A program made the position numbers and the translations under genes. Shown here piece by piece: positions 21,820-33,727 of a DNA stretch of 36,817 nt (position 1 is its first letter; the number at the start of each line of letters is the position of its first letter). The notes beneath the pieces were generated by a model that saw nothing but the letters and a program-made list of their open reading frames with translations, searched no databases and had not been told where the DNA came from. The stretch covers positions 35,175,693-35,212,509 of the forward strand of contig NC_068995.1 of the NCBI RefSeq assembly GCF_001194135.2, given 5' to 3'. The DNA is from Octopus bimaculoides. Its lineage: Eukaryota.

Positions 21820-24765
21820 GCAGAAATATACACTTCACTAAAGTGACAAAGGCACTAATCAGCACAAATATTGCTAGAAATAGGTATCAAAACAACTCAA
21901 TAACCACAGAAATCACTATCTTAATAACTGACAAGGGAGGCAAGCACTCTACAGCAGCGGGCATAGCGAGATCAGTGATGATCTCGCATTTGAATTCTCA
22001 TCAGCGGCTCTCACCGCGACTAGGGTTAAACTCAGTTCGCCGTGTCGATTTATAAGATTTCCGTTGAAACCACACGCTGATTTCATAAAATTCTAAAGTT
22101 AAAATTATAAATAATATGGGTGGCTTATTCGCGATTTTACAACTTAAATGCAGCATATAAAAACGTCATTAAAGTGACAAAGTGCGCGAAGATGAGGGGG
22201 CTCTTCTGTTATAAACACAGATGACGTTCCACAACTTTGTTTATCAAATTTGTTCATAGTAATCAAATGTTTACGCTGTTCGTAATGATCAAATGTTTAC
22301 GCCCTCCATCACATCAACATTGTCTGAGTCACATATCAGTTGTCAAACTCATCGGAAATTGAGAATAGTAAGTTTGGCTAAACTTTCTTGTATATAGCTA
22401 AAATAGTACAGTGTAGTTCCCAATTGACAGTTCCAGGCATAGAACAAGGTCTCATGGCGAAAGTCTTCCATCTCTTTCTTAGATGCTGCCCCCCCACACA
22501 CACACACATCACGACTATCGACTGCATAACCTGTGTCGACCAGAGTATCGGATCTTTCTACACACCACTGGTCATAAAGCACTTCCTATTATTTCTTGAT
22601 TGCTCAATTCTTTCTTACCTTCGCCTAAACTGTTTTTCTAAATTGTCTCCCCATCATTGCGGAGGTCTTCTGAGTTACCTTTTCTTATGTCTTGGAAACC
22701 ATACACCAACTGTACATTTATAGCGATATTTCTCTGATTTATTTTAGCAAAACCGAGGCAACTTAAAGCAGGATCTATTTCTCTTATAGTGTAATTTACT
22801 TTATCTGCCTCTCTACGACACAGTCTCAGGAAGCTATCGTATGTAGTAGATGGAGTTCGTATCTTCATAACTATTGCATATGCCTAAAATATATTCATAC
22901 GTATAATATCAAATATTCATTATTATGGACTAGGTTGCGAACAGAATAAGCCATATATTATTCATTGTGTGTAGGTAAAGTGGAGAAATTTTTTATATAC
23001 TGGAAGATGCCGAGACGAGAAATTTTGCAAGCCATGTTAGACCGGTGAGATTCATGTCATCAAGGTTTCGTCAGGATAAGCCTGAGCAAGAAATATATTC
23101 GAGAGTGCCGTTATTCTAAGAAATATTACGCCTAGTGTTAAGTACGAGGTGTGGGTCTTTTGCATTTCAAAAATGCTATATCAGAAAATGAGACGAGTGA
23201 TTCAGGAATGCCATGGATGTGGCATCTCCGAGAATTAGAGGCAATTACAGTGGTGCTAGAAAAAGATAAGAAAGGAGACATGTTCGTTTAGACCAGCTGC
23301 TCACCTGCAAGTATTTATAGCAATCAATCAGGGCGTGATCTTGGATGTTTGTGTGCTCAACAACAGCTGCACCATCACAGACTTTAGAGGAATACTCTAT
23401 TTTGGGTCTCAGATAAGTTTATAGAGTGTTAAGTATCTGGTGGAGCTAAAAAAATGTTTTTTAGGCCTAATGATAAGGGCCTGTTTTTGGAATGAGGTCT
23501 AAATTATGTAATAGTAATATTGAAAATAAGGCATCAAAAATGAGGCTTCGATGACAATATTTGGATGTCGACTAATGTCCTTTGGTTTGTTTTGGATAAT
23601 TAGCACGTCAATGTTATAGGTTGACGAGGCTCAAGAGAATAGAACAGGAAATTCAAATAGACTCTACGTACTTAAATAAATAACATTTTACAAGGATGAA
23701 AAGCAGATAGGACGAATTTTTGGATCCCAAATCCTCAAATGTAGATGAAATTTGTAAAACACTGTCATATTTACTCTGCTAATCTTGTTTTCACCAGCTA
23801 AGTATCTGCAACAATTTCCGGAACTATGTCATTTAGATTCCCATAACCGTTCATCCTTCCATCAAATAGTAATGAATTTAAAATGCAATGAATACTTGTT
23901 TCGTTGGTGTAATAATAAGATGAAAATATTCCGAAATTTGTATGGAAGAGAAAAATACGTGAATTAACTGTTCAAATGCTCTAATCGTTAATGCCTTTGT
24001 CCGCGGTGACTGATGACTTTTACCAATGCAAACAATATTATATGTGATGTATTGCCTTGTCTTCAGAATAAATTACAATTATTAGATGCTGTGCCACAAA
24101 GTTAATGTTAATATTTAATATTTCAATTTAATAACTTGATGACTATCCTTATTTCATGAAGAAATTGTACAGTTGCACCAGGGAAAATTTAAAATATCGA
24201 GAAACAATTATTTGGAATTAATAGAGTTGTATGGAAATATTTGAACACTGAAGTTCTCCTTCAAACTATGATCGACGCCATGATTTGAAGTTAATAACAA
24301 ATGTAATTGTATTTAATTTATAAGTTTGACTGAGGATTTATTTTGATTGAAATTGTATTCTGCGGAAATACAATCTGGATTATGTGAATAAATTTACATT
24401 TTCTATGTTTAAATATAGTTGTAAAAGAGACTTTTGTTTAATGATAGACATTTTTTTTTTAATTTCGAGATTCCGTTTATTATATTTCGTTTAGTTAGAT
24501 GAAGGCTCATGTTAGTTTTCTAGAATAAAAATTTCTAGGAAAAAAGACATCAATGCATTGACAGTAACTAATTTCTTCATTAATTTGTATTTTTGATACG
24601 TTTATATTATATTGCATCTTCAAAGTTTTGACATGCACTAATTCATGCAAATTAGGAGACAAAAGCGTAAAAATACACATACAAACAACAGAAACACACA
24701 TATTGACATTTGGGCTGATTGGAACTGTATTTGAACCAACAATATATATTTGTTAAATTATCTTA

Positions 24766-24800
24766 CACACACACACACACACACATTATANNNNNNNNNN

Positions 24801-24837
<37 letters not shown>
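24766..24837. repeat. (CA)n-(TA)n microsatellite with 10-N gap (24791-24800)
   Basis: Direct reading. Confidence 0.96.
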
Positions 24838-24839
<2 letters not shown>

Positions 24840-25765
24840 AATACAATCATTAATATACTCACATTTTCAGTTCTAAGGTAAAGATAATGGCTTAGACAGA
24901 ATTTCAGCAATTATGGAGGAAGGATGTTAGGTGATACTTTTCTATTGAGCCCTATTTCTTTTTTTTTCTTTTTTCGTATTATTATTTTATCAACCCCTGA
25001 AGGATAGATGGAAAAAATTGGCTTTGGGACGATTTGATCCAATTACGTGAAAAGTCTGAAGAAATGGCGCGAATCATTTTGTCTAACGTTCAAAGAATCT
25101 GCTAGACCAACTTAACATGATCCAGTAGTGAATAAATAACTCTTAAAATCTTTTCAAACACACGTTCAAAGTGAACAAATTGTTTGCGAGATTGTATTAT
25201 GAACATTTATTCATCAAATGTATGTCATTTCTGGAGCGTGACAAAGCATGTTGTCATATACATTTTAGGGATTACAGATATAGCTTTCAATATATTTAAC
25301 AATAGGGGACTGACTAAGTATCAGCGAATTTTTGTCACTGCTGCTTCCTGTTTGCCATTGGATTTGTTCATCCACACCAAATTTTAAAAAATAAATATTA
25401 TGTAAAATATGTAATCGGCGATGTGTTAATCATGTAGAATTTTCCCTGTATTGTTGTCCCCAATAATCGATTTACTCATTCTTAATATGTTCGCTTTCTA
25501 ACTAAGTTTGGAATTTAGAAAATCTAACCTAATTTATTTTGAGAATATTTTTCAGCGGTTATAATCGATTTTTTATGATTGTTTTCCCCAAACACTATGA
25601 GCCAGTATGGAGCAAAGTTCGAAACTAGGGAATACCTGTGGACATTTTCTTTAATGCTCTTCTGCTGATTGCTCTGTATGCAATAAAATGCGAAAAAGTA
25701 AAAAGCTGTTTAACCTTCATTGGACACGTTCAGCGCAATTTGAAAGGGACCCAACAAAATGTTTC

Positions 25766-25820
25766 GTGTTGTTGCTCTTTATGATGATACTTTTTCTTTC
25801 GTCATGAAGAGCAACAGCGC
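25766..25820 (+). ncRNA. Pre-miRNA-like hairpin (22 consecutive pairs incl. 4 G-U, 11-nt loop)
   Basis: gtgttgttgctctttatgatga / tcgtcatgaagagcaacagcgc, checked base by base. Confidence 0.3.
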
Positions 25821-26180
25821 TACAGGATTTGTTCTTACTTCAAAAGATTGTAACAAACATTAATTATAACTTTTCCATGAGGTTCAATCATTCTTTTCGA
25901 CGCTCCCATCTTAGGATGTATATTCGTTGTCAGTATTATCATGTCAGACTTGTATAATAAGGAATGTTTTTTTATAGCACATTACTTACTTTGTTGTATA
26001 TAGATTTTGTTCTCAACAATTTTTAATCGTCTTTTTTTAAAAGAATCATTTTTGCTCACAGTTATTTTCAAATAGTTCTTTATATGATAAAAGTGAAATA
26101 GAACACCACCAAATTTCATGTATTACTTAATGTGGTAATTGAGATCTTACTAAGTAAGAAAAAGAAATTCTAGGAATATA

Positions 26181-26310
26181 GGCGCAGGCATGGCTGTGCC
26201 GTTAAATAACTTACTTTGCAACCCTGTAGTTTCAGGTTCATTTCCAAAGTGCGATATTTTGGGCAAGTGCCTTGTGGGTGAATTTGGTAGATAGAAATCC
26301 GACGGAAATC
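26181..26310 (+). mobile_element. Diverged 5' part of SINE family A
   Basis: ggcgcaggcatggctgtg...ggttcatttcc...ttgggcaagtgccttgtgggtgaatttggtagatagaaa. Confidence 0.75.
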
Positions 26311-27049
26311 ACTGACGTTGCAATATTATGCGTTTCATCCTTCCTCCACCCTAGCTATTGCTATGAGCGTTGCCATATTTTTAAATCTGTTAGAGAGGCA
26401 TTCGCCTATTGGTGACAGGTGTCGTAATACATTTAACAAATCTGTTTAATAGCTGCAGCTGCATTAGCAAAATAAAAGGTTTAATGTTAGGTATCACCGA
26501 AAGGAACTATGGGAACCACTACAAGAACTGGAATTGCGCTATTATTTATTTGTACATTCTCAACAATAAATGATTCTGCAAAGGATTCCTATAATGTATG
26601 CATTTGAAATGAACAGATCAAAGTGAACAAACCTACTTAAGTTTAAATGAACAGGATTTCAAATACCCGTATTCACAAAACATTCTTTTGGGAATCCTAT
26701 GAGAAGAAACGATATTTTCCTCCCGTAATCATTATGGTGCCTAAATTACGAGGGATTACGCAACTTTAAAATTCAATGTTTAGCAGGAGAATTCTTCAAA
26801 CTATACTCTATGCAACCGGATTCATTTGATCTATCAATCAGCGAAACCTTCCTTAGCATGACAGCTATCAGCTTATTAAATTACAGAAATCACTTGGTTC
26901 CGAAATGACGCCATCAGAATAAAAATAGTTTAAGAAATTGTTCGTACTTAAAGAATGATTTTAATAGAAATAAAATTAGAATTTACTTGAAATTCTCTGC
27001 TATATTTGGAAATCATTAAAATTGTTTACTTCTTTATGCAACCCTGCAG

Positions 27050-27135
27050 ATTTTATACCATTCTTTTATTAGTAGAAGAAAATTATCACAAAACAGATTT
27101 ACGCATGCTATTATATGATATCAATGGAACAAATC
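27050..27135 (+). CDS. Candidate internal exon (xFYTILLLVEENYHKTDLRMLLYDINGTN, phase 2-1)
   Basis: Strong acceptor tttacttctttatgcaaccctgcag|, donor |gtaata, only one frame open to the donor, contains an NGT sequon. Confidence 0.2.
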
Positions 27136-27526
27136 GTAATACTTATCAAAAACCGACGAAGGCCATGCTTTAATTCCTCAATACGCTTCTGCTTTATTTC
27201 CTTGGTTTATGTTTTATTTTATTATATTTGTATTTCTTGCTTTCTCCCAGATCACAATTTCACATGCAGATTTATTATCTTTGATCTTTTCATTTGATAT
27301 GTTTTATTACAGTGTTCTATTTTCCTATTTTCGATTTCTTGTATTTTATCCTTTTTCTATTTTTACCATTTTCTCAATTTCTCCAAGCTTGTTTTTTTCC
27401 TCCATTTGTTCTTCCATTTAAATATGTTTAACCTAATACCGTTCTATATTTAAGAGATGAGGAATTATGTACATTATTTACATTATTTACATTTGACGGA
27501 TATTTGTCTTCATCTTGTTTGTTGTT

Positions 27527-27572
27527 GACACAACGTTTCGGCTGATATACCCTCCAGGCTTTATCAGGTGTC
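27527..27572 (-). ncRNA. Minimal hammerhead motif, Penelope type (G8A relic)
   Basis: Minus strand: gacac CTGATAA a gcctg gagggtatat cagcc GAAA CG T T | gtgtc. Helix I 5 bp, palindrome AACGTT. Confidence 0.6.
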
Positions 27573-27633
27573 TTTGGGAAATTTCGAACCTGGGTTCTCA
27601 TTCTTACGGTATTTATCGATGTTGTTGTTATTA

Positions 27634-29020
27634 TTCCGAGTTCGATTCTAGGTAGTGACCTGAATACAAAAGGAAACGAATCCGCAGAATAGTAATAACA
27701 AAGTTAACTTTGCGTCTGTGACAGGTGTCACGAGCGAAATTGTGCAGGTCGGCTCGGACGAACTGGAAAAATACAAGTGTTTAATACAAAAGGAGGGGAC
27801 CAATGTAAAACGGACCCCACCTGATGAAGTAATAGACATTACAAAGAGGTAAACAATAGTGTACAAAACCTTGTCACTCAAAACGAAAAAAATGAAATGG
27901 CTACTAAAGAAGCAATCGAAAAATGCCTATAGCCGATATGGCAAAATATAACATACATAGTCCGAGTAAAACGCTTCGGAACTGTCGAAGCGAGTTCGCT
28001 TCCGAAAAAGAAGCTAAGAAGCATTCGACAACTTCCCTAAAGTCAACAGAACTAGTGCTGCTGCCACCATATTTAGGCAAGTGGACATCAAAAATCAAAA
28101 TAGAGGAGGTCCCATCGGAAATCGAGGTGGTGTGGCTAGTGGCAGTTATACTGCTAAACTTGGAGGATATAATCAACTTCGTTCAAGTCACCAAGCTGCA
28201 ACAGCTGACTTGGTGGGGGCCAAGGCCTGGAACTGATAATCCAGGCCACCGAGAAGGACCTGAAAGAATTGCCAGATAAAATTTTACTGCCGGACAAAAT
28301 CACACAAAGAATATTAGTGGAGGGGCGAAATCCAAGGTGCTGCAAGTGCGGCATGAAATGGCATATTAAAACCGAATACCTACAAGACAAAGCAGCAATA
28401 GCACCCCCTACGGCTAGTAACCTCCCACAAACCGACAAAACCACAAGAACCTAAAATGTGACAACCAATACCACGACAAAACAACACACACTAACAATAG
28501 TGCGAGAAGAAACAAAACAACAAACGAGAGACGCCCAGGAAAAGCAACTCCAACCGCATTTGAAGAAGTGGAGAACAACTGGAGGGAGGTAAAAAAAAAA
28601 AGACGCAAGAGGATGAATACCTCCCCTCCACACATTTCCATCAAAAACACCGAAACACCCGCATGCACACCCCCACACAAAGCTCAAATACTCAACCCAT
28701 TTACCCCTGGTTCAGTAATAAACATAACCGCATTCAATACGAACAGCACCAACTTAGTAGAACTGATCAATAGAAATGAACATATCACCCGATATGCAAT
28801 CCCAACACACCCAGACGTGCTGGAAAATATCAAATTTATATTCATAGACTTAAATAAAACAAACTTAAATAAAAAATACCCAAATGAAATGGGGCCATTA
28901 CAGAGAACTCTGACTAAAGATCTTTACACTTATTTCAAAAGAAATACCCCACAAGCCATATATAATCCATTTACACAAGATATATCACCGTCAGCAACAC
29001 CTGGAAAAAAAACAACCTAG
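27634..29020 (+). mobile_element. Degenerate gag-like ORF1 element (RRM-like region plus CCHC knuckle) with tRNA B-box-like 5' end
   Basis: B box gagttcgattc (27638-27648). Frameshifted ORF from ~27897 with a knuckle relic RCCKCGMKWHIKTEY (~28335-28380) and a C-terminal frame 28568-29020. Confidence 0.7.
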
Positions 29021-29337
29021 GTAAACATACAGCATTGATGCACACCTCCTTCGGAAAGGTAGCTTTGAGGTCGGGAATTGCCATTTATATTTTTCTCTCA
29101 AGAATAAGGTCGGATTTTCATTTTCATTTGCTGAGTATGATCGTGACATGATTCAATTGTATCTAAACCAAGTTCTCATGAGGGAAGGAAAGCTCTGGAT
29201 AAAATGTTTCGTAAGAGATGGGGTAAGAAGGGAAGCTAAGAATGTCAGCTATTGTGTGTTTAAACGTGTATCTTGTACTAGAAGGATTGAGCTTTCATGC
29301 CAATACATTTGTTCATCATTTGCTATATATATACTAA

Positions 29338-32300
29338 ATGAATAACCTAAATATACCTATATACTCAGTCAACTGTAGGGGCCTTAATGATCATACCAAA
29401 CGAAAGGATGTTTTGCATTTTTTGAGATATAAAATTTACCCACTTTTTGAAAGAAAAGAACCTCTTATTAGAAGTGAATGGAGCGCTGATGCGGTATTTA
29501 ATAGTAATAATGGACAGTCAATGGGAGTTGCCATCTTGGTTTCTAATAATATTGATTATAAGCTACATGACAGTTTCAGGGTGGCAAAGGCAAATCTCCT
29601 GATGTTAAGTATTACTATGTGTGAGAGAAGGATAACTTTAGTTAACTTATATGGTCCAAATGCAGATGAACCACAGTTTTATGCTGTGGTGATGGATAAA
29701 TTAAAGACCTTTGGTAACTCCCATTGTATTATAGCTGGTGATTTAAATCTTTGTATGCAGCAGTCTTTAAACACTTCCAATTATCAATATATAAACAATC
29801 CTAACACTAGAAAAGCAAGCGATCGATATGATAGGGGACCTCGACCTTGTAAATGTTTCGAGAGATCATAACCCTGAAATACAAGGCTATACATGGAAAC
29901 GTTCAAAGTCTATTCGACAAGCAAGGTTAGATTTCTTTCTGGTGTCACAGAATGTGTATTCATTTATTTGCCATTCTTCTATAAAGGTTGAAGACATATC
30001 AGACCCTTCTCTTGTAGACATCAAAATAAAATTTTCCAAGAAAAACGATCGTAAAAGTACATATTGGAAATTTAATAACTCCCTTTTAAAGATCCAAAAT
30101 ACGTCTCATTTTTTAAGGGAACCATTAGCAGCGTTGTCAAGTATTATGCTCCCCTCTTTGGAAGCTGATAGAGATATTAGTACAGTTAATATGCCTGAGA
30201 TTGAATAGGTTTTGAGAAAACATTTGATTCTGTCTCATGGTCATTTATAAACAAAGCATTAGCTTTTTTTCGATTTTGGTGATGACATCTGTAAGCGGTT
30301 CAATATTCTTTACCATGGTGCCAGATCTTTTCTGACTATTAATGGTACATTGTCTCCTTGGTTTCCTGTTGAATAGACAGGGAGATCCTCTCTTCCATAT
30401 ATTTTCATCCTCTGCATCGAGGTCTTGTCTGGTCTTATAAAGAAAGAACAGAGATATTAAAGGAATTACAGTTGATAATGGGGAGTAGCTGTTGACACAG
30501 TATGCAGACGGTACAGAGTTAATTTTAGATGGTTCACAAGAGTCTTTTGAAGCTACGGTTGACACTTTGAACTTTTACGCTGATACATCCGGACTTAAAA
30601 TTAACTATTATAAGTCTCAGGTGATATGAATAGGTGCACGAAGGGGCAGCCCAGTCCGATACCTAATTTAAATAACCCAGATCACTTCAAGCTTCTGGGT
30701 GTAATATTTTCAATAGATTTAAATGTTATGGCTAAAAAGAATTTTGAAAGTAAATTATTTGAGATTCATGTAATAATCAACAGATGGATGAAAAGAATAA
30801 TTACACCACCTATTAGAATTTCTGTTATAAAGTCACTGCTCATTTCAATATTGAACTCTCTCTTCCTTACTCTCCCGAATCCACCAGGTAAATTTCTCCA
30901 GGAATTAAACAAAATATTATTTAAATTTCTCTGGAGTGGAAAACCTGATAAAATTAAGTGAGCTGTTGCTTGTAAGCCTGGTAAAGAAGGTGGACTAGGT
31001 ACGGTGGAAGCTTCTGCCTATATCAGCTCTTCAAAGCTATCATGTATATGAAAGTTGTTAGATATTAATTATGAATCCAAATGGAAAAACTTATGCTATG
31101 TTTCCTCCCCAAAACTGAAAAATTTAGCTGTATTTGGTAACGTTTTTCCGAGTAAACTCGCCAAAGATATCATGAATGACTTTTGGCATGATTGTATTTC
31201 TGCTTTTGATAAGTTTGCAAATAAGATAGAGCCTAATTCATTTGGTGAATTCATAAAAGAACCAATTTACTATAATAAACACTTAAAAGTCAGTAAAGAA
31301 GTAATCTTTTTGTTGTGTGATTTGTGAGAGGCTTTAGTCAGATTCATGCTTTTATCAACTTAGACGGATCATATCGCACCCTTGAAGAATTTCAGAATGC
31401 TTTCGAATTAGGTATAAATTTTCTTCAGTATAGTGATCTTATCAGGGGCATTAAAGGCTACCAAGCAAGGTTAAAGATAAATGAACCTACTTCTTTTCAA
31501 TAATTAAATGATAATACAACTATTCGACGATTCATGTCTGTTCAGATAGGAGCCAAACGGTATTAGAATGTCTTAAGCACAGTTGATGTTTGTTTAAAAT
31601 TCAAACATAAATGCTTGCTGAACTGGAATGGGAAAAATATTTGTACTACCTGTAAAGACGGCAACGAATACTAAATTGCGGTGGTTTCAATTCAGAATTA
31701 TAAATAATATTTTAACAACTAATCCTCTCCTATTTAAGATCAAATTAGCCGAAAGTAAACTGTACACTTTTGTCAACGTGAAGTAGAGACAATATCACAC
31801 CTGTTTTGGTATTGGGAACACGTACAAGCCTTTTGGCAATGATTCCTAGATCTGTTATATGAAAAATGCCGACATGTTCGCAACATGAAATTTGACCCAC
31901 AGCTTATTTTGTTCGTGTTAAGAAAGAATACATATACTGATGGTATCCTTGACCTGCTAATAATACTAGCAAATTTTTTTATATATAAAAGCAAAATATC
32001 AAAAACCACCCTTAGCCTCAATCATTTTAGATACTTTTTTCAGGACAGGTATCTTATTGAGAAAACAAAATCTTACAATAAAAGTTAGCAAGATGAGTTT
32101 TATAAAAAGTGGATGCTCTACCATGAGTTTGCAATTGTGAAGTAATCTTCTATTGTTACTTCTTGTGGAGCCACAAGAGCATACTATAACTGTATTAACA
32201 TTTTATAAATGATTGGCGAGTAAATGTGTAGCAGTGTGTAGTCATTTTTTATATTCTCTCTTTTTTCTCGCTTCCCTTAAAAAAAAAAAAACAAAGTCCT

Positions 32301-32406
32301 ATTCTCCATTTATTTTTATACAAGACTTCACAGTCCCTTGGTTATGCTGTCTTCAATTATAACAGGGAAAACAGGAAATAAGAAAATGTTAATTAAAAAC
32401 AAAAAA
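29338..32406 (+). mobile_element. L1/Tx1-clade LINE ORF2 pseudogene (APE endonuclease, RT, C-terminal CCHC) plus 3' UTR
   Basis: YSVNCRGLN, NLYGPN, IIAGDLN, RLDFFLVS, YWKFNNSLL; RT FEKTFDSVSW, RQGDPL, QYADG (30501-30512); LFKFLWSGKPDKIK; CTFCQREVETISHLFW (~31761); last stop ~32145; A-rich end. It carries many stops and frameshifts and lacks the EN-RT linker and RT0-2. Confidence 0.93.
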
Positions 32407-32842
32407 GTTTAAAACGAATCGGAGTGGCTGTATCTGCCATCGCGGAAAAAATGTTCTATGCGTGCAATAATTCGCAGAAAGTTCTGAAATGATACAAAAT
32501 TTATTATATAATAGAGTTAAATATTTTACGAAATACATCGCATATCTATATGTATACTTTAGTCTAGGAGGGTTGGTATATAAATTCTTATAATAAATTT
32601 GATCGTAAATAATATAAACGGTATAGTATTGAAAAACAAATCAAGTACATATTGTGCAACAGACCTAAGTAATATATTTCATAGTTTAAATGATAATTTT
32701 CGGTGGGGGGTATACCGAATATAAATTTTTCGTGCGAATATCGCTAAATATATACGTAGTCAAGCAAGACAAATGAAACGGCGTGGTTGTACTGGTCCAC
32801 TACTTTTACATTTACTTAATTGAAATACAATTTATATTAAAG

Positions 32843-32947
32843 TTTAAATGGATATACACACAGCACTTTACTTGTTACATTGGAATCTGCTGCTATCATA
32901 ATAAGCCTGATTATCATCGCTGTCATTACACTTTGGCTATTACACAG
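32843..32947 (+). CDS. Candidate transmembrane exon (xLNGYTHSTLLVTLESAAIIISLIIIAVITLWLLHR, phase 2-2)
   Basis: About 20 hydrophobic residues ending in H-R at donor CAG|gtattt. Alternative acceptor at 32863 gives the same phase. Confidence 0.42.
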
Positions 32948-33125
32948 GTATTTTCTCAAATTAACACATATTTAAGTATCGTGGTGATGGCCTTTCTGGG
33001 ATTCAACATCGTTTTGATCATTATATAATTCTCTGCGTGGTAAAACGTTAACTGGCAATTATGGTCAAGCGTTTAGACTAGATTTTGTAAGATGCAATGC
33101 ATCTGAATTTTTCTTATTTTAAAAG

Positions 33126-33196
33126 AGCTGAAAGAGCTTTGATACAAGTCGGAGAAGGTCGACTACATCTGAAACAGTCTGCAGCTTGTATGAAAG
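33126..33196 (+). CDS. Candidate juxtamembrane exon (R-AERALIQVGEGRLHLKQSAACMK+G, phase 2-1)
   Basis: Acceptor tttttcttattttaaaag|, donor AAG|gtgttt, open in exactly the phase required by the preceding TM exon. Confidence 0.4.
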
Positions 33197-33727
33197 GTGT
33201 TTAGGAAACTTATGAGGCAATCTTGGAATGATACTATCATTTAGTTAAAATCATTTTGAAATGTACGCTCCGTTATGCCTTAATACATGATCCTTTTGTT
33301 TAGTGTCTGTGATATTAGCGCGATATATGAGATTATTTTCCGCATCGTCGGAATAGCATAAGGTAGAATAGCATTTAACACTTTCAGGTAAAATATTATG
33401 TGTAATTTTCGTTTTCTCACATCGTTAGTTAATTTACATTCTTAAGACACTCTTTTCTCGCCCATATTCATTAGTTTTATCAATTATGATTAATGATCTA
33501 TTTTATACGATTTACCGCTGTTTTATGATTACAGCTTACTGAGTACAGTGTTTGAGTCTAGTATATTTATCATGATTTTCTTTTGGTTACTAAGTACCCT
33601 AAAATTTTATTCTCTTCAAGAATAGTTTTGCAATCTCATGTGAATTAATGTTTTAAGTAACAAAACTGTAGTTAAGTTGTCATAATTTAACGTAACCGCA
33701 TCCCTTTCATTTTCCTTTGTCGTTTAG

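Noticed and set aside
21990-22025. Hairpin plus CTAG as a Helitron 3' end
   Set aside because: The hairpin-to-CTAG spacing is atypical, no T follows and no 5' TC terminus was found.
25781-25787. C box (ATGATGA) of a C/D snoRNA
   Set aside because: No D box (CTGA) at a suitable distance, and the motif is fully paired in the hairpin.
26490-26930. Short open frames after AG sites (e.g. MGTTTRTGIALLFICTF..., GEFFKLYSMQPDSF...)
   Set aside because: Several frames look equally plausible, splice sites are weak and the phases do not chain.
27821-27850. CTGATGA a gtaat-agac-attac (hammerhead core plus helix II)
   Set aside because: It is followed by AAAG rather than GAAA, has no helix I or III, and lies in the gag-like coding region.
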